A DNA stretch of 55,166 nucleotides from a virus (IMGVR_UViG_3300021197_000131:1-55166), one strand, 5' to 3'; shown: positions 9,201-16,750, counted from the stretch's first letter. Program-made: numbers and translations. Notes: a model not told the origin generated them from the sequence alone.

Positions 9201-9467
9201 CTATCCAATACCTTCACGCTCTCTGTCAGGGTCTAACACGTCTTTACGCTCTATCCAACCCTCTAAGTACATAGCTCTCTCTACGTGGTCTAGAGTGTAA
9301 CGCACTCCTGTGTCACTCTCTATTGCTGCACGTACATAGAATACGTCAGACTTAGGAATGTGTATACGTCTTAGAGCTTTACTGTCTTCTGATACTAAGG
9401 CAGAGTAAAACTCTTCTATTACGTTATCTGATGCATATAGTTTTACTTGTCTTTTCTTCAAAGTCAA
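9201..9467 (-). CDS. Hypothetical protein, first gene of the packaging operon (TTG start)
   Basis: 88-aa ORF abutting the next gene; no in-frame ATG near the 5' end. Confidence 0.65.
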   Translation of the reverse strand: MTLKKRQVKLYASDNVIEEFYSALVSEDSKALRRIHIPKSDVFYVRAAIESDTGVRYTLDHVERAMYLEGWIERKDVLDPDREREGIG

Positions 9468-9478
9468 TACCTTATATT

Positions 9479-9601
9479 AAAAAATAAAGGTACGTGTCGC
9501 AAACTTACGTGTGAGAGGAGGAGACATGAGGAAGAGTGACACATATATTCGTGACACGTACCAGTGTAACACTTATTTGTTACGTTTATTATTGTGTTAC
9601 T
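9479..9601 (-). ncRNA. Putative small regulatory RNA with anti-SD loop
   Basis: Downstream of TTGACA-N17-TATACT; stem 1 GTAACAC/GTGTTAC with A-rich loop; about 26-bp stem 2 (9489-9562) with loop CUCUUCCUCAUGUCUCCUCCUC; U-rich tail. Confidence 0.65.
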
Positions 9602-9607
9602 GTAATT

Positions 9608-9636
9608 AGTATACAGATATAAGAAGAGTTTGTCAA
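9608..9636 (-). promoter_or_regulatory. Sigma70-type promoter
   Basis: TTGACA (9636-9631), 17 nt, TATACT (9613-9608). Confidence 0.8.
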
Positions 9637-9766
9637 GGGAATAGTTAAACTTTCTAGTTAAACTCTACCTATGTCCACTATCTTATTTGCAACACTCTTT
9701 ATTTAGTTAAACTATCTTTTATTTATTACTTGATTAAGTTAAAACACTTAAAGTTTAACTATACCC
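9637..9766. repeat. 17-bp inverted repeat enclosing TAGTTAAACT iterons
   Basis: GGGAATAGTTAAACTTT (9637-9653) vs AAAGTTTAACTATACCC (9750-9766), 16/17 match; TAGTTAAACT at 9642, 9655, 9704. Confidence 0.75.
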
Positions 9767-9781
9767 TGCTACTGCTACGCA

Positions 9782-9809
9782 GTTATACACATATATCAGC
9801 CTGTGTCAA
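9782..9809 (-). promoter_or_regulatory. Sigma70-type promoter
   Basis: TTGACA (9809-9804), 16 nt, TATAAC with TG extension. Confidence 0.6.
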
Positions 9810-10064
9810 GCGCTTATTTAGCTAAGTGCGACAATCTGTCACTGTATATACATAAAATAAGCCGTTTCAAAAATCACTTCTGTGTGCTTGTACATATACA
9901 CGTAGCGTATATACCCCCCATGGCGCTCGCCGCCCCACTCTTTTTTGTTGTCGCTGTTGTTTTTCTGCGGTGTTTTACTCTAAGTCATTGTATTTATTGC
10001 ATTTTATAACTGATATATCCTCAATTCAGGCTAAAAAGGTGTTGTAAATATGTCACATTTCAGG

Positions 10065-10163
10065 TTTGTGATCACAAAACCAAAATGGATGCACAAAAAC
10101 ACAGACCGCCTATCCAAATGTGATCACAAAAAAGCATACCCCTATAAAATGTGATCACAAAAC
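10065..10163. repeat. Three copies of palindrome TGTGATCACA
   Basis: At 10067, 10119 and 10150, each followed by an A-tract; degenerate copy TGGATGCACA at 10086. Confidence 0.85.
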
Positions 10164-10230
10164 GCTGCAGCATTCCGTCATTCATTATAAATATAAAAAT
10201 ATAAATGTTACATTATAACAAACCAACCAA

Positions 10231-10313
10231 GAGCAAACCCAAAACAGAACAAACCATAAACGAATTACCAACACCAAACAAAACCACGGAACAAAGTAGA
10301 ACAAAAGGCGAAC
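10231..10313. promoter_or_regulatory. Alphaproteobacterial LexA-like boxes
   Basis: GAAC-N6-GAAC-N7-GAAC at 10289-10313; degenerate GAAC-N7-AAAC at 10247-10261 and GAGC-N7-AAAC at 10231-10245. Confidence 0.55.
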
Positions 10314-10451
10314 CCGGTTTTGATTCACTAAATAAAACGCTTTGTTTTCAATGACTTATAAAATAGTTCATTTTAGGGCTTGAACGGTTTTTAAATATCT
10401 GGTCTAAATTGTCTCAAGCAAAACGAAACACAAACCAAAGAGGATCACAAA

Positions 10452-10589
10452 ATGACAAAGGTAGATAGAATAGAACTAGATGAACGGATCAAGGCGCTAG
10501 ATTATTGGGGCAGACTGACATGCGAAAAAATGCTAGAACTAAGAGTAAAAACTAAAAAAGAATTATTGGCAGAACTAAGAGCAAAATAA
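10452..10589 (+). CDS. First early gene, 45-aa hypothetical (not in ORF track)
   Basis: SD GAGGA then MTKVDRIELDERIKALDYWGRLTCEKMLELRVKTKKELLAELRAK. Confidence 0.6.
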   Translation: MTKVDRIELDERIKALDYWGRLTCEKMLELRVKTKKELLAELRAK

Positions 10590-10592
10590 TCC

Positions 10593-10631
10593 TTGACAGT
10601 CTTTTTTGTATCCCTCATGCTAGGGGTACAA
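10593..10631 (+). promoter_or_regulatory. Early promoter with -10 inside a palindrome
   Basis: TTGACA-N17-CATGCT; TTGTATCCCT/AGGGGTACAA arms flank the -10. Confidence 0.55.
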
Positions 10632-10772
10632 GATGGAAAGTCAAATCAGCAAGCCGAGCCTAGAGCCATGACGTTTGCCTTGACCTATACAAGCTCTGCA
10701 GGTGTAAGCTAGTCCTGCATTGGTAAAAAGAAAAGACTTGACTACAAGACGAAAATAAACAAGACTGAATAC

Positions 10773-11000
10773 ACATTGTGGATTTTCCCCATGGCTGGGA
10801 ATGCAACGAAAGAGCGTCTAAAGAAAAGCGCCACGTACAGCCTACGGAATATTAGTTGATCCTCTTAGCGCCGTTGTGGGCTTTGTACATTGTAGAGCCG
10901 TATTGATAGTCGTGCCGTAGCGGGAAAGTCTAGGCTGTGCAAATCAGGTAGCAGAGAGAGACACAGAGAAAGCTTTCCCTAGACGTTGTATTTCTTGGAC
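10773..11000 (+). ncRNA. Putative structured RNA in the early region
   Basis: No tracked ORF, relatively GC-rich, follows TTGACT-N17-AAGACT (10738-10766); several complementary segments. Confidence 0.4.
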
Positions 11001-11098
11001 GCATCTAGTCTAACAGTTCAAAGCTGCATATACTTGACATATGGGATAAATTATAATTAGATGCGTCTTACTAAATACAGTTTCAAAAGAGGTGAGAC

Positions 11099-11314
11099 AT
11101 GGATAACAATACACAAAGCGAAACCTTTTGGATTGTCAGAAAATGGTTTGAAGATGATAGTGACATCCAAGATGTAAATGACTATGAAAAGCATTGGTCT
11201 TTTGCATCTGCTGAATGTGCCTTGTCAGAAGAGAGTCACAATGGCTATGATAAAGGCTTGACAGGTAAAATATTTGAAGTTAAAGCAACCTATGCTTTGA
11301 AAGGTATAGAATAA
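11099..11314 (+). CDS. Early hypothetical protein
   Basis: 71 aa, SD GAGGTGA. Confidence 0.7.
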   Translation: MDNNTQSETFWIVRKWFEDDSDIQDVNDYEKHWSFASAECALSEESHNGYDKGLTGKIFEVKATYALKGIE

Positions 11315-11478
11315 TGACACTGTACACGCTACCACACAAGTTTACTGTGCATAAAGAACGACACGGAAACGGTGGAAATTTTATCTTAAAATGCAATGGT
11401 AATTTTGTCTATTGGGCAGAAACATTGGATGAGATATTTATTGCTTATGGTAATCATCTGAAACATGCAAGAGGATAA
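11314..11478 (+). CDS. Early hypothetical protein (54 aa, not in track)
   Basis: TAATG coupling; MTLYTLPHKFTVHKERHGNGG... Confidence 0.6.
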   Translation: MTLYTLPHKFTVHKERHGNGGNFILKCNGNFVYWAETLDEIFIAYGNHLKHARG

Positions 11479-11481
11479 GAC

Positions 11482-12069
11482 ATGACACAGTACACTAGAA
11501 ACATCTTGAAAGTTTTCAATCAGGCTACGCAGTCAGAGATTGATCACGGTTTGACATGGTACGCTGACGCTAAGAGCAAGGCACAAGAAATGGCTGACTA
11601 TCTAGAATTGCCTTTGCATATTGTAGTCGGCGTTATCGCTGCGCTTAGTCCTACTAATAAATGGGAACGCAATTTAAAAGATGCATATGATATGCTGCAT
11701 ACTTTTACTGCAGGTGGATACGTCGAAGACTGCAGGCCGTGTACATACAAAACCATGCGTGACAAGGCTTGGTCTATCTTGACTAGTATGCCACACAATA
11801 ATGATGATACTGCATTCATCTTGAACGGTGCTAAGATCACGGACTTTTTCTACTGCATCATGGGCGAGGATGTGTGTGTCATTGATGGACATGCTTGGTG
11901 CATTGCTAACAATGATCGCCGCACAATGCAGGAAGTGCCGAACATTGGCAAAAAACTAAGACAAGATTTACAGACCTGTTATAGTCGAGCAGGTAAAAAA
12001 CACGGCATGACCGCATACGAAATGCAAGCCGCTACATGGGTGACATGGAAGCGCATTCATAACGTATAA
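11482..12069 (+). CDS. Conserved phage early protein, possibly HhH DNA-glycosylase-like fold
   Basis: TWY...IAALSP.NKWERN...K...F...VIDGHA...QAATW pattern; fold guess from recollection. Confidence 0.55.
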   Translation: MTQYTRNILKVFNQATQSEIDHGLTWYADAKSKAQEMADYLELPLHIVVGVIAALSPTNKWERNLKDAYDMLHTFTAGGYVEDCRPCTYKTMRDKAWSILTSMPHNNDDTAFILNGAKITDFFYCIMGEDVCVIDGHAWCIANNDRRTMQEVPNIGKKLRQDLQTCYSRAGKKHGMTAYEMQAATWVTWKRIHNV

Positions 12070-12077
12070 ATTAATTC

Positions 12078-12113
12078 TTGACAACAAAACCAGTCTATGC
12101 AAGAACTATAGAC
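12078..12113 (+). promoter_or_regulatory. Early promoter with -10 flanked by GTCTAT/ATAGAC
   Basis: Intergenic TTGACA at 12078; short inverted repeat around the -10 position. Confidence 0.5.
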
Positions 12114-12138
12114 ACAACAAACATAAAGGAGACAAAAA

Positions 12139-12363
12139 ATGTTTGTACTATTCGCAACTAAACCGCTCAATGATGGCACACAAGGCTATCGCTTTAACTT
12201 TGCAGGTGTCAAAGGCTTAACACGTAAGCGCAAGTTTCTAAACCGTGTTGGCATTACTCGCAAGGACTGCATGACAGGACTGCACTTAGGTAAGCGCAGC
12301 GTTTACATTGAGCGCAAGCCTAATCGCTCTACTGAACGCAAGTTTCACCACTTTGCAGGTTGA
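12139..12363 (+). CDS. Early basic hypothetical protein
   Basis: 74 aa, SD AAGGAG. Confidence 0.75.
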   Translation: MFVLFATKPLNDGTQGYRFNFAGVKGLTRKRKFLNRVGITRKDCMTGLHLGKRSVYIERKPNRSTERKFHHFAG

Positions 12364-12620
12364 TTATGGCACATGATATAAACAACATTAGAGTGGCCTA
12401 CAAAGGCCACACTATCTCAATAGCGCAAAATCAGTATGATCAAGGCAATAGCATTGAAGAAATACTTAACTTGGGCAATGGAATATGTGATGATTTTTCT
12501 GGTGATCCGTTGCCCTACAATGGTTCACTTACTATACTACTGCGTGAGCTAAATAAAATAAAAGAGGCTATAGATGCTAACACATATGAACAGAGAAATC
12601 TTAGCAGGGGCATGGCATGA
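12360..12620 (+). CDS. Early hypothetical protein
   Basis: 86-aa ORF coupled to the upstream stop. Confidence 0.6.
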   Translation: MIMAHDINNIRVAYKGHTISIAQNQYDQGNSIEEILNLGNGICDDFSGDPLPYNGSLTILLRELNKIKEAIDANTYEQRNLSRGMA

Positions 12621-12750
12621 TTGTGTCTCTGCAAAAGAAAAGCTAAAAGAGCTTGACGATTTCTACTTTTCTACTGTACATGAAGACACAGTGAAAAAGC
12701 TAGACGATAGCTTGCACTTGATAGGCGAGTTATTAAAAGGTAAGATTTGA
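12574..12750 (+). CDS. Early hypothetical protein (58 aa, not in track)
   Basis: SD GAGG; MLTHMNREILAGAWHDC...GELLKGKI fills the gap. Confidence 0.55.
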   Translation: MLTHMNREILAGAWHDCVSAKEKLKELDDFYFSTVHEDTVKKLDDSLHLIGELLKGKI

Positions 12751-12763
12751 CAGGAGAGAGACA

Positions 12764-12952
12764 ATGCAAATCACTATGGAATCTATGCTGACAGGTAACG
12801 TATCCACTATGGATATTGATGTGACCTTAGAGCAACTCGAAGCATGGCATAACGGAATGCTAATCCAAGAGGCGATGCCACACTTGACAACACATGAGAG
12901 AGAGTTTATCAAGACAGGCATAACACAGGAAGAATGGGACACAGCGTTATGA
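12764..12952 (+). CDS. Conserved small phage protein
   Basis: LIQEAMPHLT..EREFIKTGIT.EEWD pattern common in phage early regions. Confidence 0.75.
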   Translation: MQITMESMLTGNVSTMDIDVTLEQLEAWHNGMLIQEAMPHLTTHEREFIKTGITQEEWDTAL

Positions 12953-13677
12953 GCAAGGGTATAGTGATTAGTTTGTATGACTACACAGGTGAAGCATTGA
13001 AGCCATGGGCAGAAGCAGGATACCATTGCTCTGCCTTTGACATACAACATTCACCTGTTGGTAAGCTACAAGGTTTCGACAGTGGCGGTTTCATTAGGTA
13101 TGAGGGTAAAGACTTACACGACAAGCGTAGCATATGGAATCTACAACAGCGTTTCCAAAACAAGAATGTAGTATTCGCTATGGCATTCCCTGTCTGTACT
13201 GACATGGCTGTATCAGGTGCAGCACACTTCAAGCGCAAGGCAGAGCGTGACCCTAAGTTCCAAGAACGTGCAGTTAATTATGCGGTTTGGTGCAGCGAGT
13301 TGTTTCAAAACTTAGGTGTGCCATACTTCATAGAAAATCCTGTGTCAGTATTGGCTACCAAGTGGCGCAAGCCTGACTATTCGTTCCACCCTTATGAGTA
13401 TGGTGGATACATACCAGATGATCAAGCGACACATCCAGTGTGGCCTGACTATATCGCACCGAAAGATGCGTACCCAAAGAAGACTTGCCTTTGGACAGGC
13501 AATGGGTTTACTATGCCTTGGACTGATCCAGTAGAACCAGAGCTAGGACACAGTAGACAGCACCTAAAGCTAGGTGGTAAGAGCATGAAGACCAAGAACA
13601 TACGCAGTGCTACGCCGAGAGGCTTTGCACAGGCGGTGTATGAGTTTAACTCAGTAGAAGAAATGGAGACAGTATGA
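12949..13677 (+). CDS. Phage C5 cytosine DNA methyltransferase-like protein
   Basis: Variant motif I (SLYDYTG), FPVCTD (catalytic Cys), IENPV, KKTCLW, RSATPRGFAQAV; ATGA-coupled start at 12949. Confidence 0.75.
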   Translation: MSKGIVISLYDYTGEALKPWAEAGYHCSAFDIQHSPVGKLQGFDSGGFIRYEGKDLHDKRSIWNLQQRFQNKNVVFAMAFPVCTDMAVSGAAHFKRKAERDPKFQERAVNYAVWCSELFQNLGVPYFIENPVSVLATKWRKPDYSFHPYEYGGYIPDDQATHPVWPDYIAPKDAYPKKTCLWTGNGFTMPWTDPVEPELGHSRQHLKLGGKSMKTKNIRSATPRGFAQAVYEFNSVEEMETV

Positions 13678-13829
13678 AGTACATAGTATATGTAACTGTC
13701 CGTAACTCTTACGAGGTAGAAGCTTCTAGTAAGTATGATGCTGAAATGCAAGTGAGAGACATGGACGCAGAAGAAATACTTAATGATAGCGACTTTACAA
13801 TACAGGAAATAGAGGAGACAAACCAATGA
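13674..13829 (+). CDS. Early acidic hypothetical protein (51 aa, not in track)
   Basis: ATGA overlaps at both ends; MKYIVYVTVRNSYEVEA... Confidence 0.65.
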   Translation: MKYIVYVTVRNSYEVEASSKYDAEMQVRDMDAEEILNDSDFTIQEIEETNQ

Positions 13830-14200
13830 CAACGTTTAGCAGAGAAGAACTAAAAGCAATTCGTGTAGCAATGCAGGATGCACTAGATGCGCTTGACATT
13901 GATGCCACAATCAATGTAGGTAACTGTACCTATGACGGTGGCGAGGCTAAGTATACAGTCAAGCTAGTGAAGCAAGGCGCAGTGACACAAGAAGAAAGTG
14001 CTATGAGTTTTTGGGCAGATAATATGCAGCTTGACACAAACAAGATCGCTAAGATCAATGGACAAAGTGTCACATTGCATAGCTACAAAAGCAAAGCTAA
14101 GAAGTATCCATGGATTGTTGCAAGCCTGACAACGGACAGCAAGTGGAAGCTATCAGACAGTCAGGCCAAGAGTATGTTTAGCAAGGAGAAAGTAGCATGA
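13826..14200 (+). CDS. Early hypothetical protein
   Basis: 124 aa, SD GAGGAG. Confidence 0.75.
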   Translation: MTTFSREELKAIRVAMQDALDALDIDATINVGNCTYDGGEAKYTVKLVKQGAVTQEESAMSFWADNMQLDTNKIAKINGQSVTLHSYKSKAKKYPWIVASLTTDSKWKLSDSQAKSMFSKEKVA

Positions 14201-14538
14201 TTGAGTTAAACACAGAAGCACATCCCCAATACACTAGGCCACAACTAGGTGAGTGGATGGGATTGATAGGTGTATGGTTTAGCGAATGGCAGTATTCATG
14301 GCTAGACTATAAAGAGGATATGGTGCAGTACATGCAAGACAACTACGGCTTTGGTCAACTGTACAAGATGGGCGGTAGTGTATCTGACAGTGGTACATAT
14401 GTCAGCAGCTATGAAGATGATGAAGACCTTGATTGGATTGGCAGGATTATGACATCAAAGGGCTATGCTTACTGCTTCCCTTATGGTATCGTAGCAATCC
14501 CGACTGATGATGGTCACTTCATAACAAGGATGGACTAA
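14197..14538 (+). CDS. Early hypothetical protein
   Basis: 113 aa, ATGA-coupled. Confidence 0.75.
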   Translation: MIELNTEAHPQYTRPQLGEWMGLIGVWFSEWQYSWLDYKEDMVQYMQDNYGFGQLYKMGGSVSDSGTYVSSYEDDEDLDWIGRIMTSKGYAYCFPYGIVAIPTDDGHFITRMD

Positions 14539-14539
14539 G

Positions 14540-14716
14540 ATGCAAGAAGAATTAAATATAAACCATGAGCCTAGCCTTAATCATTGGGCTAGGTGCATAG
14601 CTGATGATGATATAGACACAGGTTATCATACCAGTTGGGATGCAGCGTATGAAAGTGCTTGGATGTATCTAGACGCTGAGTATAACTACAACTATGAGTA
14701 TAGGATGAACCAATGA
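14540..14716 (+). CDS. Early hypothetical protein (58 aa, not in track)
   Basis: MQEELNINHEPSLNHWARCIADDD...; stop overlaps the next ATG. Confidence 0.6.
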   Translation: MQEELNINHEPSLNHWARCIADDDIDTGYHTSWDAAYESAWMYLDAEYNYNYEYRMNQ

Positions 14717-14940
14717 CAGACACAGAACATAACGAACTATTTGCTGCAATATCTGGACATTACTTAACTGAACAGTTGCCCTCTCAGTGGGCTTACTATG
14801 ACGATGATCGCCTTGAGGAATGGTTTAAAGAGTATGCCCTAGAACTATATGAGTATTGGGATTGGAAGGCTGTTTATGCACAAATAGAAGAAGTAACATA
14901 TACGGTGAAAGAATTTATGGCGAAGGAGACAAACCAATGA
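14713..14940 (+). CDS. Early hypothetical protein
   Basis: 75 aa, ATGA-coupled. Confidence 0.7.
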   Translation: MTDTEHNELFAAISGHYLTEQLPSQWAYYDDDRLEEWFKEYALELYEYWDWKAVYAQIEEVTYTVKEFMAKETNQ

Positions 14941-15194
14941 CACCAGAAGAAATCGCAGATAGCCATACTACATGGCAAGAGCAACGTGATGCAGCCAATG
15001 CAGAAAAGAATGCAGCTACTGATCACCTAACCCAAGAGCAGCGTGATGCTATTGAGTTTGCGTATAAGGCTGTGCGTGATGCAGAGAATAGCTTACGTGA
15101 GATGCTAGACTTGACACTGGATGATGCACGTGCATTAGATTGTTCAGAGTGGAAGCTACGCTCTGCATTCCCTGCTATAGCAGAAGGGTCTTGA
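14937..15194 (+). CDS. Early hypothetical protein
   Basis: Likely start ATG 14937 after SD AAGGAG. Confidence 0.7.
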   Translation: MTPEEIADSHTTWQEQRDAANAEKNAATDHLTQEQRDAIEFAYKAVRDAENSLREMLDLTLDDARALDCSEWKLRSAFPAIAEGS

Positions 15195-15199
15195 CACAG

Positions 15200-15346
15200 A
15201 TGTATCTTAACTATAAGCTCATGCTGTATGATAGTAGTGGTGAAGTATTCTGCTATCACAGTTTTAAAAGTAAGTATGAAGCGGAAAGATGGATAGCAAA
15301 GTATAAGAAGTTCTTTCCTAAGATGAAGGTAGAAGTAAATGAGTGA
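15200..15346 (+). CDS. Early hypothetical protein
   Basis: Likely start ATG 15200; overlaps a TTGACA-N17-TAAGCT promoter candidate (15191-15219). Confidence 0.5.
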   Translation: MYLNYKLMLYDSSGEVFCYHSFKSKYEAERWIAKYKKFFPKMKVEVNE

Positions 15347-15512
15347 CTACAATACAGACTATATCGTACCTGCAGCAGAGTATCAGAACTCTTTACTGCG
15401 TCAGATTGACAACAACCTATGGGAAGGTGAAGATGTGTATGCTCTTGAGCTAGAGCTAGAAGATGTCAACACTTATGTAGAGCGAGGTGAGAAATGGTAT
15501 CCACTATTCTGA
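15339..15512 (+). CDS. Acidic hypothetical protein (57 aa, not in track)
   Basis: MSDYNTDYIVPAAEYQ...EKWYPLF. Confidence 0.6.
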   Translation: MSDYNTDYIVPAAEYQNSLLRQIDNNLWEGEDVYALELELEDVNTYVERGEKWYPLF

Positions 15513-15595
15513 TGCATGCATTGCCACTGGCGGTAGCCTTTGCTTATGTCTGTGGCTTCCTGTATCTGTGGTATAAAAATGTCAAAGGAGAATGA
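15512..15595 (+). CDS. Single-TM micropeptide (27 aa)
   Basis: MHALPLAVAFAYVCGFLYLWYKNVKGE; coupled at both ends. Confidence 0.45.
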   Translation: MHALPLAVAFAYVCGFLYLWYKNVKGE

Positions 15596-15831
15596 CCCCT
15601 ATGATGATGTTACGCATTGGGTTGGTAAGCTACCTAAAGAAGATACTGATAGCGACAAGCGTACTGATGAACGTGATACTAGGCGGCAAGCTAAACCAGA
15701 CATTCTCAGCGAGGAATTGGGAGTGGAAAAGAAACGGTAAGCCTAATATCAGTTGGCTTATAGATAAGATACTAGGTAAGGATCACTGCAGTAGGTGTTG
15801 GTCTTACTGGAAAACAAGGAGACAATGGTAA
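15592..15831 (+). CDS. Conserved small phage membrane-associated protein
   Basis: NVILGG..NQTFSAR...LIDKI...DHC pattern. Confidence 0.65.
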   Translation: MTPMMMLRIGLVSYLKKILIATSVLMNVILGGKLNQTFSARNWEWKRNGKPNISWLIDKILGKDHCSRCWSYWKTRRQW

Positions 15832-15832
15832 C

Positions 15833-16750
15833 ATGAACATCCCCAAGAAAAATGCTAGGCTACAAGTTGTTGTAGACTTTTATCTGAACTCAAGAAAGTT
15901 TGCTAAGCTGAGTGGTACAACTCAGAAAGACTATGAGTATCAGCTAGGTGTCGTATGCAATACAGTAGTGGAAGGTAAACGTCTTGGGGATTACACATTA
16001 AAAAGTATAAAGGTGCGTCACCTGACACAGGCATATGAGACATGGACTGAGACAGGTATACGTTCAGCTAATTATCGCCGGGATGTTCTTTCTGCTGCGT
16101 GGAAAAATGCAATGCGCTATGACGTTATGTCACACAATCCTGTTAGTTTAATAAAAGCAGAGGCATCAAAGGATCGCAGAGTATTCTGGACACGTGATCA
16201 GATTTCTACTTTTCTTTCAACGGCTTACAGTAATTACAGTTGGCGCAGCATAGGTCTGATCTTACACATGGCATACGATTGGGGTCAGCGCTTAGGTGAT
16301 ATGCGTCTGCTTACATGGGATGCACTAGACTTAGATGGGTGTCGCCTTGACATCACACAAAGTAAACGTAATGCAGAAGTACACTTGCCAATCGCATCTG
16401 ATTTGTGTAAGATGCTGCAACAACAGAAGGAAGACTTTGGGTTTCAAGATTATGTAGCGCCAAGAGTTAAGCCAAGGGCAGGTGCATACACACCATACAA
16501 CAAAGAAGAAATATCGCCACTTATCAATGAGGTACTAGAAGAAGCTAATCTACCACATGAACTTACTGGCATGGACTTGAGGCGTACTGCTGTGACTGAG
16601 ATGATGGAAGGTGGTGCAAACATGACAGAGATTATGCAGGTGACAGGCCATAAGAATATGGCATCACTGCGTCCTTACATGGTGAACACATTGAGTGGTG
16701 CATCAAAGGCTCTAGCAACCAGAGGTAATAATGAGGATGAACATTCGTGA
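15833..16750 (+). CDS. int: Tyrosine integrase/recombinase
   Basis: Catalytic set GQRLGD (R), QSKR (K), DLRRT, TGH, C-terminal Y. Confidence 0.9.
   Translation: MNIPKKNARLQVVVDFYLNSRKFAKLSGTTQKDYEYQLGVVCNTVVEGKRLGDYTLKSIKVRHLTQAYETWTETGIRSANYRRDVLSAAWKNAMRYDVMSHNPVSLIKAEASKDRRVFWTRDQISTFLSTAYSNYSWRSIGLILHMAYDWGQRLGDMRLLTWDALDLDGCRLDITQSKRNAEVHLPIASDLCKMLQQQKEDFGFQDYVAPRVKPRAGAYTPYNKEEISPLINEVLEEANLPHELTGMDLRRTAVTEMMEGGANMTEIMQVTGHKNMASLRPYMVNTLSGASKALATRGNNEDEHS

Noticed and set aside
9526-9609. + strand 27-codon ORF behind a perfect SD (GAGGAGGAGACATG)
   Set aside because: No + strand promoter seen, while promoter, stems and U-tail all favour a - strand RNA; kept only as an alternative
9640-9760. 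CtrA boxes among the TTAA repeats
   Set aside because: Spacings checked do not fit TTAA-N7-TTAA
9803-10009. 68-aa + strand ORF in the control region
   Set aside because: No SD, low-complexity T-rich sequence, overlaps regulatory motifs
10065-10163. CRISPR mini-array or canonical CRP site
   Set aside because: Repeats are too short and unevenly spaced, no cas operon (the Cas4-like gene is a usual phage exonuclease), and the half-sites lack the 6-bp CRP spacer
10630-11000. tRNA gene, hammerhead ribozyme or tRNA-derived attP core
   Set aside because: No cloverleaf, TTCGA T-loop or CUGANGA core found by eye; attP could not be located
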